A DNA stretch of 46,692 bases, from contig JAICMC010000001.1 of assembly GCA_025929465.1 (NCBI GenBank), positions 1 to 46,692 on the forward strand, given 5' to 3'. A model generated the notes under the pieces. That model worked only from the letters and a program-made list of their open reading frames with translations, searched no databases and was not told the origin of the DNA. The position numbers and the translations under genes were made by a program. The stretch comes from Nostocoides sp. (lineage in GTDB: Bacteria > Actinomycetota > Actinomycetes > Actinomycetales > Dermatophilaceae). This document shows positions 16,885 through 25,418 of this stretch, one piece after another. The stretch's first letter is position 1; every line of letters starts with the position of its first letter.

Positions 16885-17859
16885 ATGACTCCCCTCACCA
16901 GAAGACAAGCCCTGCGCGGAAGCGCCGCCCTCGGCGCCCTCGCCGTCTCCACTGCGGTGCCGGCCACGGCATACGCCAGCCGCACCACCTCACCACAGGA
17001 CGCCATGGCGGCGGCTGCCGCCACTGCCCGGTTCGCGGGCGACCCCGGCAACGGCAAGGTGTTCTACGGCGCCTCCGTCGTCGCCAGCTACGGACTGAGC
17101 ACCCTCGAGAGCAAGCTGGGCCACCGCCTCGGCTGCCACCGTGGCTACTTCGTCCCCAACAGCCAGAAGGGGCTCCTCCAGCAGGTCAAGGACGACCACG
17201 CCAAGGGACGTCTGCCGATCGTGTCCACCAAGGTTCCCGACACCTGGGCCAACATGGCCTCCGGCAAGCAGGACTCCTGGCTGCGCAACCTGCTGTCCGC
17301 CCTCGCTGCGGACAAGCAGCCGGTGATGCTCACCCTGCACCACGAGCCGGAGAACGACGCAGGCCCGACCGGGATGAAGGCGCAGGACTGGCGCTCGATG
17401 TACGACCACGCCGTCGTGCTGGCCGCCTCGCTCGCACCCAACGTCACGATGACCCCGGTGCTCATGCAGTTCACCTTCGAACCCGGCTCGGGCCGCAAGC
17501 CCGCCGACTGGGTGCCGACGACCACCAAGGTCTTCGCCACCGACTGCTACAACGCCTGGTCCCCCACCGACGGCCTCCAGTGGCGGGCTCTCGGCGACAA
17601 GCTCTCGCTCGTCCTGCCCTACGCCAACGGCCGCCCCATCGTGCTCGCCGAGTACGGCTGCCGCACCGACCCCAAGCACCCCGGGGCCGCGGCCCAGTGG
17701 ATGCGTGACGCCTTCGACTGGTGCCGGACGCACAACGTCGTGGCGATGTCCTACTTCAACTCCTGGCAGCACACCCGGTTCGGCACGTGGGAGCTGGACG
17801 CCGAACGCCTCGGTGCCATGAAGTCGATCATCACCTCTCCCCAGACCGCCTGGCTCTGA
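16885..17859 (+). CDS. Tat-exported GH26-like glycoside hydrolase
   Basis: MTPLTRRQALRGSAALG..ATAYA twin-arginine signal. LHHEPEND (acid/base), ATDCYN, PIVLAEYG (nucleophile), MSYFNS. Confidence 0.8.
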   Translation: MTPLTRRQALRGSAALGALAVSTAVPATAYASRTTSPQDAMAAAAATARFAGDPGNGKVFYGASVVASYGLSTLESKLGHRLGCHRGYFVPNSQKGLLQQVKDDHAKGRLPIVSTKVPDTWANMASGKQDSWLRNLLSALAADKQPVMLTLHHEPENDAGPTGMKAQDWRSMYDHAVVLAASLAPNVTMTPVLMQFTFEPGSGRKPADWVPTTTKVFATDCYNAWSPTDGLQWRALGDKLSLVLPYANGRPIVLAEYGCRTDPKHPGAAAQWMRDAFDWCRTHNVVAMSYFNSWQHTRFGTWELDAERLGAMKSIITSPQTAWL

Positions 17860-17878
17860 CCCCGCCCCCAACCCTCCT

Positions 17879-17912
17879 GAGCGCCCCGTGGACCCGCGTC
17901 CGCGGGGCGCTC
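17879..17912 (+). terminator. 15-bp hairpin after the GH26 gene
   Basis: GAGCGCCCCGTGGAC-CCGC-GTCCGCGGGGCGCTC (one G-U pair). Confidence 0.65.
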
Positions 17913-18076
17913 GGCGTCACGACCCGCGGCGCGAGACGCATGGATGGGGTGTCACAGCCCACGATGTGGCGATGGTTTGGGCCATCGGGACCGAACACCT
18001 CACTGGCGCGAGGTATCGTTTCCCCGCTACGTCGTCACGGGGCGGGACGACGCACAGGACCAGAGAACGGGACACC

Positions 18077-19462
18077 ATGAGCGCATCGCCGAGTGCGGGA
18101 TCGACGCTGCGCCACGACGTGGCAGCACGCGAGACCGAGTCGCTCGCCGCACCGCCGAGACGACGCTTCCTGCCCGTCGGGTGGCCGCTCGTCGCGCTGT
18201 TCAGCCTCTACCCGCTGTGGTGGGCCCTCGGCGTCGCCCCCTTCGTCGCGCTCGGCATAGCCATCCCGCTCGCCGCCGAGCTGCGCGCGCGGGGCCGGCT
18301 ACGGGCGCCTCGTGGGTTCGGCATCTGGCTGCTGTTCCTCGCCTGGCTGGCCATCGGCGTCTTCCTGCTCCAGGTCGCGGCCCCCGAGACGATCACGACG
18401 ACGAGCCACTCGCGGTACTTCACCTTCGCGTTCCGCTACCTGTGGTTCATCGCCGCCACGGTCGTGCTCCTCTACGTCGGCAACATGCGCAAGGAGCTCT
18501 CACTGCTCTGGTTCTGTCGGACCATCGGCGCGATGTTCATCGTCATCGTGGCCGGCGGCCTGCTCGGCTGGGCCGCCCCCAAGTTCGAGTTCCGCTCCGC
18601 CATGGAGATCGTCCTGGGGAGCCATGGGAAGTCCGCGTTCATCCAGAACCTCATCCACCCGACCGCCGCCCAGATCCAGACCTTCCTCGGCTACGAGCAG
18701 GGACGGCCGAGCGCGCCCTTCCCGTTCACGAACTCCTGGGGCGTCAACTGCGCGGTGACCCTGCCGTTCTTCGTCGTCGGCTGGTTCCACAAGGCCAGCC
18801 AGGCGCGGCGCCTGGTCGGCGTGGGCGTTCTCGTCCTGGCCATCATCCCGATCATCTCCTCGTTGAACCGCGGGCTCTGGCTGGCCCTGACCGTATGCGG
18901 CCTGCTCCTCGTCATCCGTACCGCCATGCACGGACGGCCGCTGGTGCTGCTCGGCGGCCTGGTGGCCGCATCCCTCGCAGCCGGGATCATCATCCTCTCG
19001 CCCCTCGGCGCCCTCGTCGCCGTGCGCCTCGACAACGGCAACAGCAACACCGGGCGAACCAACCTGGGCACCCAGACCCTGGTGAGCACCTGGGAGGGTT
19101 CGCCGGTCACCGGCTTCGGCACGACCCGGGACCCCACGGGGAACTGGATCTCGATCGCCGCCGGCTCCACGGCACAGTGTCCACGCTGCACCCCACCCCC
19201 GCTCGGCACCCAGGGTCAGTTCTGGCTGGTGCTCTTCGCCAGCGGCTTCGGCGGCGCCATCTGCTACTTCGGGTTCTTCATCTACCAGCTGCTCCGACAT
19301 TTCTGGGTGCGGTCCATCTATGCGACGGCCGGGCTGAGCTCGGTGGCCATGCACCTGATCACGGCGCCGTTCTACAACACCGTGGACCCCTCGCTGCTCG
19401 TCATCCTCGCAGCGGTGGGCCTGATGTGGCGGGCCAAGGTCGCCGGTCCGGACCAGACATGA
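18077..19462 (+). CDS. Wzy polymerase / O-antigen-ligase family membrane protein
   Basis: About 11-12 TM segments. RPSAPFPFTNSWG, SSLNRGLW, SP(V)TGFG and TQGQFW (Wzy_C-like features). ATG 18077. Confidence 0.75.
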   Translation: MSASPSAGSTLRHDVAARETESLAAPPRRRFLPVGWPLVALFSLYPLWWALGVAPFVALGIAIPLAAELRARGRLRAPRGFGIWLLFLAWLAIGVFLLQVAAPETITTTSHSRYFTFAFRYLWFIAATVVLLYVGNMRKELSLLWFCRTIGAMFIVIVAGGLLGWAAPKFEFRSAMEIVLGSHGKSAFIQNLIHPTAAQIQTFLGYEQGRPSAPFPFTNSWGVNCAVTLPFFVVGWFHKASQARRLVGVGVLVLAIIPIISSLNRGLWLALTVCGLLLVIRTAMHGRPLVLLGGLVAASLAAGIIILSPLGALVAVRLDNGNSNTGRTNLGTQTLVSTWEGSPVTGFGTTRDPTGNWISIAAGSTAQCPRCTPPPLGTQGQFWLVLFASGFGGAICYFGFFIYQLLRHFWVRSIYATAGLSSVAMHLITAPFYNTVDPSLLVILAAVGLMWRAKVAGPDQT

Positions 19463-20622
19463 GGTCCTCGATCCCGCAGGACGTGCCGCTACGCGGCTAC
19501 CTGGGGCTGCTCCGGCGGCACCGGGTCTCGCTCGTGCTGCTCGTGCTGCTCGGGACGTTCATCGGCCTCGGGCTGCAGGTGAGCGAGGGCACCCCCGTCG
19601 AGGCCCTCCAGCGCGTGTTCGTGCGGGACATCCGCAACGGCGACACGTCCTCCGGCGGCGAGCTCGCGACGATCGACTTCTCCTTGGACACCGAGGCGCA
19701 GCTCATCCGCACGGACGGGGTGATCGAGGCCATCCAGAAGCAGTCCCCCACCCCGATGTCCGACGAGCAGGCCCTCCGCGACCTGGACGTGACGGCGCTC
19801 CCCAACACCCGCATCCTCGTGCTTCACGTCACCCTGCCGAGCGCGACCCGAGCCACCGCGGCCGTCCAGAACGCCGGCCGTGCCTACCTGCTGGCCAGGT
19901 CCGAGCTGCTGAACTCCTCACGCGCGGCTCAGCTCACCCTGTTGCGCCAGCGTGAGAACGACCTGTCCAACATCCTGGCCACGATGAACGCCACCGTCCC
20001 CACCAACCGCGCCGACCGCACGGACGCGACCAAGGCGGCGATCGGTCGCTACGCCAGCGAGCTGCAGTACGTCGAGAACACCCGCACCCGGCTGGCCAAC
20101 AACCCTCTCGATGTCGGTCAGCTCGTCGGGAGGACGAGCACGGTGCCCAACCATGACGGCTGGCTGATCAAGGGGACGTCCGGGATGATCCTCGGACTGG
20201 CCCTCTGGGCGATGCTCGTCACCCTCTTCGACGGGGCGTTCCGCCGAGTCTCCAGCCGCCGCAGGCTGCCGGCCTTCCTGAGCCGCCGAGCCACCGAGTC
20301 CGACGTGCCTGTCATCGGACGGGTGAAGCTCACGCCCACCGACGGGGAGCTGGCCGCGGCCGACCCGGCGCTGGCCGAAGCCAGAGCGGCCCTGCTGTCG
20401 TTCGGTCCGATCAGCGCCGTCCTGGCGCCGATGGCCGACATCCCGGCCCGCAGGGTGGCCACCGTCCTGGACAGCCTCAGCTCCGACCCCGACCCCGGCA
20501 CCTCGGGACGGGTGGCCCTCGTTGCTCCCACGTCCACCCGGGTCAAGGACGTCCACGCGTTCGAGCGTCGCTCCCGCGCGGCCGGCCTGGAGCCGGTCGG
20601 GGTGATCGTGGTGGACGAGTGA
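19459..20622 (+). CDS. Wzz/PCP-like polysaccharide co-polymerase 1
   Basis: YLGLLRRH plus TM, LDTEAQLIRT, PNTRILVL, coiled coil, second TM GMILGLALWAML. ATGA overlap. The 892-aa ORF call is over-extended. Confidence 0.65.
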   Translation: MRSSIPQDVPLRGYLGLLRRHRVSLVLLVLLGTFIGLGLQVSEGTPVEALQRVFVRDIRNGDTSSGGELATIDFSLDTEAQLIRTDGVIEAIQKQSPTPMSDEQALRDLDVTALPNTRILVLHVTLPSATRATAAVQNAGRAYLLARSELLNSSRAAQLTLLRQRENDLSNILATMNATVPTNRADRTDATKAAIGRYASELQYVENTRTRLANNPLDVGQLVGRTSTVPNHDGWLIKGTSGMILGLALWAMLVTLFDGAFRRVSSRRRLPAFLSRRATESDVPVIGRVKLTPTDGELAAADPALAEARAALLSFGPISAVLAPMADIPARRVATVLDSLSSDPDPGTSGRVALVAPTSTRVKDVHAFERRSRAAGLEPVGVIVVDE

Positions 20623-21443
20623 CGCCGAGCAACGGCGTCGCGGTCCTCATGTACCACTCCGTCGCCGACTCCGCGACCCCCGAGTTCGCCGACTTCGTGG
20701 TCGAACCCGACGTCTTCGCGCGTCAGATGACGGCGCTCGCGGAGGCCGGGTGCACGACGGCGACCATGTCGGACCTGGTCCGGGCCCGGTCCGAGGGACG
20801 GACCCTGCCGGCCGGCACGGTCGTGCTCACCTTCGACGACGGTTTCCTCGACTTCGCCAGCACCGCGCTTCCGGTGCTCCGGTCGCACGGGTTCACCGCG
20901 ACCCTCTACGTGACGACCCGGTATGTCGGGGGGCGCAGCCTGTGGCTGCGGCCCGAGGGGGAGGCCGACCGGCCGATGATCGGCTGGGCGGACCTGGCCA
21001 CCGTCGTGGACGCAGGGGTCGAGATCGGCGCGCACACCGACACCCATCCCCAGCTCGACCTCGTCCAGCCCACCGTGTTGGCCCGCGAGCTGACCGTCCC
21101 CAAGGTCACCCTGGAGGACCGGCTCGGTGTGCCCGTCACGTCGCTGGCCTATCCCTTCGGCTACGCCTCCCGCCGGGTCCGGGCGATGGCCGCCCAGCTC
21201 GGCTACACCAACGCCTGCATCGTCTCGGACCTGGTCAGCCGGTCCGGAGACGACCCGTATGCGGTGCCGCGAGTGACCGTGACCGGAGCACACACCGGCT
21301 CGCAGGTGGTGGCCCTGTCGACCGCGACCTCCACCTGGCAGGAGCGGCGCAAGGCTGACCTGCGTCGAGCGGCCTCGCGCACCCTACGGACCGCCAGGCT
21401 GAAGAAGCCCGAGTCGGCGTCCTACAGCCGTTCGCTGCGCTGA
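20619..21443 (+). CDS. Polysaccharide deacetylase (CE4/NodB, IcaB-like)
   Basis: VLMYH, LTFDDG, EIGAHTDTH, LAYPFG; no signal peptide. Confidence 0.9.
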   Translation: MTPSNGVAVLMYHSVADSATPEFADFVVEPDVFARQMTALAEAGCTTATMSDLVRARSEGRTLPAGTVVLTFDDGFLDFASTALPVLRSHGFTATLYVTTRYVGGRSLWLRPEGEADRPMIGWADLATVVDAGVEIGAHTDTHPQLDLVQPTVLARELTVPKVTLEDRLGVPVTSLAYPFGYASRRVRAMAAQLGYTNACIVSDLVSRSGDDPYAVPRVTVTGAHTGSQVVALSTATSTWQERRKADLRRAASRTLRTARLKKPESASYSRSLR

Positions 21444-21450
21444 GCGGGAG

Positions 21451-21984
21451 TCACCGGCGCCGGAACAGCCCCCTGCGGGGCGGCAGGTCCGCCACGGCGG
21501 CGGCGAACTTGGACACCGACCCCGCCACCGCTGCGACGGCGTCGACCGGCTCGAAGGCGAGGGCAGCCGGGTCGGCGAGGGCGCGGTCCAGACAGGCGTG
21601 CAGCTCGGCCTGGCTCTCGGCGATCCAGATGTCCCCCCGTCCGGCCAGCTGACGGCACAGGTCGACCTGGTGGTCGTCGACCACCTCCCCGAACGCCTTG
21701 AGCCGCGGCACGACGATCGGCACGAGCCCGCGGCGACGGGTCTCCACGATCCCCATCGGGCCGCCCTGGGTCACGACGACGTCGGCCGCGTGCAGCTCGC
21801 GCATGAGCACCGGATGGGGCAGGAAGTCCGAGGCGTCCCCATGCTGCGGGACCGTGGCCGTGCCGTACTGGACGCGCAGCTCGACCTGGTCCAGGTGGGC
21901 CCCCACCCAGGCGTCGGTCCAGCCGATGAGCCGGTCGAAGGGATGGTGGTCCGAGCCGACCGTCTCCAGGATGCGGAGGCTCAC
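21451..21984 (-). CDS. PssE/CpsG (Alg13-like, GT28 C-terminal) glycosyltransferase subunit
   Basis: TVGSDHHPFDRL, VQYG, VVTQGGP, VVPRLKAFGEVVDDHQ. GTG overlaps the upstream stop. Confidence 0.85.
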   Translation of the reverse strand: MSLRILETVGSDHHPFDRLIGWTDAWVGAHLDQVELRVQYGTATVPQHGDASDFLPHPVLMRELHAADVVVTQGGPMGIVETRRRGLVPIVVPRLKAFGEVVDDHQVDLCRQLAGRGDIWIAESQAELHACLDRALADPAALAFEPVDAVAAVAGSVSKFAAAVADLPPRRGLFRRR

Positions 21985-22472
21985 AGCAGCGGTCCGATCG
22001 TCACGGCGCCCGGATAGAGCACGGTCTGGTCCTCCCACTGGACGCAGAAGACGGAGGCGAACGGGCGGCATACGCGGCCGGTGACGGTGCGGGAGGTGAT
22101 CCGGTCGTAGACCTCGATGTAGGCGCTGTTGATGCCGAGCACCCGGGCGAAGACGAAGAACGGGATGGCCGCACCGGCCCCGGTGGACACGACCAGGTCG
22201 GGGCGACGGTCTCGGAGCACGCGCCAGGCGATCACCGTGTTGCGCAGCAGGTTGGGGATGTTCCGCGTCGTGGGGTGCCGGACGAAGTCGATCTGCTCAC
22301 CGTCCAGCTGGGAGACGACGTCGGGGGTGTCGAACGTCGCCCACGACCGTTCGCGTTGCTCCCACCAGGGGCGCAGCGCCATGATCTGGGCCAGATGGCC
22401 GCCGCTGGAGGCGATGAACAGCACCCGCCGGGGACCTGCGGCGCTCGTCTGCGGGGCACCGTCCTGGCTCAT
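21981..22472 (-). CDS. PssD/CpsF (Alg14-like) glycosyltransferase subunit
   Basis: ASSGGHLAQ, HPTTRN, PDLVVSTGAG, YIEVYDR, VQW, IGPLL. Confidence 0.88.
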   Translation of the reverse strand: MSQDGAPQTSAAGPRRVLFIASSGGHLAQIMALRPWWEQRERSWATFDTPDVVSQLDGEQIDFVRHPTTRNIPNLLRNTVIAWRVLRDRRPDLVVSTGAGAAIPFFVFARVLGINSAYIEVYDRITSRTVTGRVCRPFASVFCVQWEDQTVLYPGAVTIGPLL

Positions 22473-22696
22473 CGCCGCTCCCGAACCCACGTCGTCCCTG
22501 AACCGGCGTGCGTGCCGCCTGGCAACCTCTGCATGGCCTCACATCCTAGGCAGGCCGTCGCGGTGGCAGCGACCGGACCCATGACGGGTGGCGCACAAGG
22601 CCGGCAGATGTGCATCTCCTGGGACCGCGTCGCGACACCCTTCGCCACCGTCTAGACTGAGCGGGCTCAGGGGTGAACCAGCTGGAAGAGGAATCC

Positions 22697-24190
22697 GTGC
22701 AATCCGACGAAACCAACGACGTCAAGACGCTCGCCACCGTGGTGCGAGCCGCCATCCGTCGATATTTTCCCGTCGTCATCGTGTGCACCGTCCTCGGCGG
22801 GCTCGCAGGCTACGGCTTCTCCATGGTGTCCGGGCGGTCCTACACCGCGACCTCCTCGGTCATCGTCCGACCGGCGCCGGGGAACCCGTTGTCGCCGCAG
22901 GTGGGGTCCTCGAGCGGCAACCAGCTGACCGTCTCGATGGCGACCGAGGTCTCGCTCGTGACAACGCCGGTCGTGGCGGCGAAGGCGAGCGCACTGGCCC
23001 ACAAGACGCTGCCCGGTCCCAACGACTCGGTGTCAGCCACCGTGCCACCCAGCACGCAGATCGTCCTGGTCACCTACACCGCGCCGACCGCGCAGGCGGC
23101 GCAGGACGGCGCGAACGCCTACGCCCAGGCGTTCCTCGACTTCCGGGCCGACAATGCCAAGTCCTCCACCGACGCCCAGCTCAAGGCGCTCAACAGCCAG
23201 CTTGCGGCTGCCAACACCTCGTTGAAGACCGCGGCGGCCCAGGCGGCCAGCAACACCGACCCCCGCTCCTACGCGGCGCAGGAGCTCCAGCTGTACGCCG
23301 AGCGGATCGCCTCGCTGAACAACTCGATCAGCACCGCCACCTCGGCGTCGCTGGACCCGGGTGCGATCGTTCGCAAGGGCGTCCTGCCCACCAGCACCAA
23401 CGGTCTGCCCGCCATCCTGCTCGTCGTGGCCGGTGCGTTGCTCGGCGCGATCATCGGCGGGCTGGGGGCGGTCACCCGCCAGCTCGGCGACAAGCGGATC
23501 CGCAGCGCCGACGAGCCCGCCATCGACGGCCTGCCGATCCTCGCCGCCACGACGACCCCCATGCACCTGCTCGGCGCGGCCGACCATGACGACACGGCGA
23601 CCGCGGCCCTGAGCGAGACCTTCCGTCAGCTGCGGACGGCGGTGACGACCTCCGCAGGACGAGGCACGGTGGTGGCTCTGACCAGCCTGCAGCCCAGCAA
23701 GCCCAGCGGCGTGCTGGCCTACAACCTCGGAACCTCCCTGACCCATGCTGGCTACCATGCCTGCGTGGTCGACCTGGACACCTCCCAGCCCCCGCTGCAC
23801 AGCCAGGTGAGCGCTGCCGCAGCCGCCGAGGCCGGCCTGCAGGACCCGATGGCCGGCTCCGCCCCGGACGACTTCGCCGGTCCCTCGTTCCGTGCTCGGA
23901 TCGACGAGCTGAGGGCGACGCACGACTTCACCATCCTGGCCGTCGCCCCGTCCGGCACGGCCGACGGAGACGCCGGTGCGTCGCTCGCCGACGCCACGGT
24001 CCTCATCGCGTCGGAGAACAAGTCCACCCGGCCCCAGGTACAGTCCGCCAGAGCCCGCGTCCTGCGGCTCGGCGCCCCGGCCCTGGGCCTGCTCTGCGTC
24101 GGTCCGGTACCGATCGTTCGGCCCAACCAGCCACCGGCCCGCCGCACCGCAGGCGAACCGGCTGACGCCCCGCATGTCGTCCACGACTGA
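22697..24190 (+). CDS. Wzc/PCP-like co-polymerase 2 with a degenerate tyrosine-kinase domain
   Basis: Two TMs, YTATSSV, MATEVSLV, coiled coil, ETFRQLRT. Walker-A position reads TSLQPSKPSG. GTG 22697 with GAGGA SD (alternative 22673); TAGACT -10 at 22653-22658. Confidence 0.75.
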   Translation: MQSDETNDVKTLATVVRAAIRRYFPVVIVCTVLGGLAGYGFSMVSGRSYTATSSVIVRPAPGNPLSPQVGSSSGNQLTVSMATEVSLVTTPVVAAKASALAHKTLPGPNDSVSATVPPSTQIVLVTYTAPTAQAAQDGANAYAQAFLDFRADNAKSSTDAQLKALNSQLAAANTSLKTAAAQAASNTDPRSYAAQELQLYAERIASLNNSISTATSASLDPGAIVRKGVLPTSTNGLPAILLVVAGALLGAIIGGLGAVTRQLGDKRIRSADEPAIDGLPILAATTTPMHLLGAADHDDTATAALSETFRQLRTAVTTSAGRGTVVALTSLQPSKPSGVLAYNLGTSLTHAGYHACVVDLDTSQPPLHSQVSAAAAAEAGLQDPMAGSAPDDFAGPSFRARIDELRATHDFTILAVAPSGTADGDAGASLADATVLIASENKSTRPQVQSARARVLRLGAPALGLLCVGPVPIVRPNQPPARRTAGEPADAPHVVHD

Positions 24191-25418
24191 GCCAGACAAC
24201 CAGCCCCAACCGGCCGACCTCGGCAGGCTCGACGACACGATCGACATCGTCCGACAGCTGTGGCCGACGCCGCACGTGGTCACCGCGGTCGGACCCGGCC
24301 TGACCGCCGAGGGCCTGAGCGTCCTGCCCAACATCCGCCGCCCCACCCGGCTGGTTCCGGACCGTGCCGGCCGGGCGGCGGCGCACGCCCTCGTCGGTAC
24401 TGTCCACGGGCACGGTGCCGCGGCGGTCGCCCGGCATACCGCTCTGTACGCCGGCGCACGGTTGGGCCTGCTTCGGCTGGCCCCGTCCCGTCTGCGGGTG
24501 CGGGAGACGCCCGGCGCGCCGTCGATCCTCAGCCACCTCGGCGAAGCCCTCGGCGAACCGGTCACCGCCTCGATCCACCTGGGTCCCCCCAGGGCCAACC
24601 GCAAGCCGGTGCTCCATGTCGTGGGCCGGTCCGGTCGGACGCTGGCCTACGCCAAGATCGGGATCAACGACCTGACCCGTTCGCTGGTCGCCGGGGAGGC
24701 CGACGCCCTCTGCTCCCTGGCTGCAGCCGGCCTGCGCCGGGTCACCGTGCCACGTGTCGCGAGCGCAGGCACCTGGCGCGACCTGCAGGTGCTGGCCCTG
24801 TCGCCCGTCGGAACCAGGACAGCCGGGCCGGTCCCGGCGGCCCGGCTGGAGCAGGCCATGGTCGAGGTCGCCGCGGCTCTGGGCACCGAGTCGCGCAGCG
24901 TCGCCGCTCTTGGGCACCTGCGCTCGCTCCGCGAGTCGACCGCCTCCACCGGCAGCATCCATGGTCCCGCACTGCTCGCCGCGGTCGACCGGTTGCTCGA
25001 CCGCCACGGTGACGTCGTGCTCCCCACCGGCACCTGGCACGGCGACTGGACCCCGTGGAACATGGGTTTCGACGATGGCGAGCTGAGCGTCTGGGACTGG
25101 GAGCGGATGCAGACCGGTGTCCCCCTCGGCCTGGACGCCCTGCACTTCGCCATCCAGCGCGCTATGCGGGTCCCGGGCTCCCAGCCGCTGCAGGTAGCGC
25201 GCGAGCAGCTCGGCGCCCGCCGGATGCTGCTCGCACCCTGGGGCTATGACGCCCTGGGCGCCGACGTGGTCAGCGCGGTCTACCTGCTCACCATCGGCGC
25301 GCGGTATGCCGCGGACGGCCAGGAGAGCGCGGGCGCGCGGCTGGGCCGGCTCGGTGACTGGCTGGTCCCTGCCCTGGAGACACTCCTTCCGTCCCTGGCG
25401 ACAGGACCGTCGGCGTGA
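24174..25418 (+). CDS. Aminoglycoside/choline-kinase-like phosphotransferase
   Basis: AYAKIG (ATP-binding Lys), Brenner motif HGDWTPWN, VWDWE. ATG 24174 overlaps the upstream gene. Confidence 0.75.
   Translation: MSSTTEPDNQPQPADLGRLDDTIDIVRQLWPTPHVVTAVGPGLTAEGLSVLPNIRRPTRLVPDRAGRAAAHALVGTVHGHGAAAVARHTALYAGARLGLLRLAPSRLRVRETPGAPSILSHLGEALGEPVTASIHLGPPRANRKPVLHVVGRSGRTLAYAKIGINDLTRSLVAGEADALCSLAAAGLRRVTVPRVASAGTWRDLQVLALSPVGTRTAGPVPAARLEQAMVEVAAALGTESRSVAALGHLRSLRESTASTGSIHGPALLAAVDRLLDRHGDVVLPTGTWHGDWTPWNMGFDDGELSVWDWERMQTGVPLGLDALHFAIQRAMRVPGSQPLQVAREQLGARRMLLAPWGYDALGADVVSAVYLLTIGARYAADGQESAGARLGRLGDWLVPALETLLPSLATGPSA

Noticed and set aside
17944-19458. N-terminal 505 aa of the 892-aa ORF
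   Set aside because: Alternative frame of the wzy-like gene. The real co-polymerase starts at the ATGA overlap at 19459, so this is not a fusion.
22575-22592. ACCC-ATGA-CGGGT as another copy of the cluster operator
   Set aside because: Spacing between half-sites differs from the CCG-NN-CGG motif; too weak to claim.
24174-25418. Aminoglycoside resistance gene
   Set aside because: Only the fold motifs are shared; translational coupling inside the polysaccharide operon points to glycan modification.
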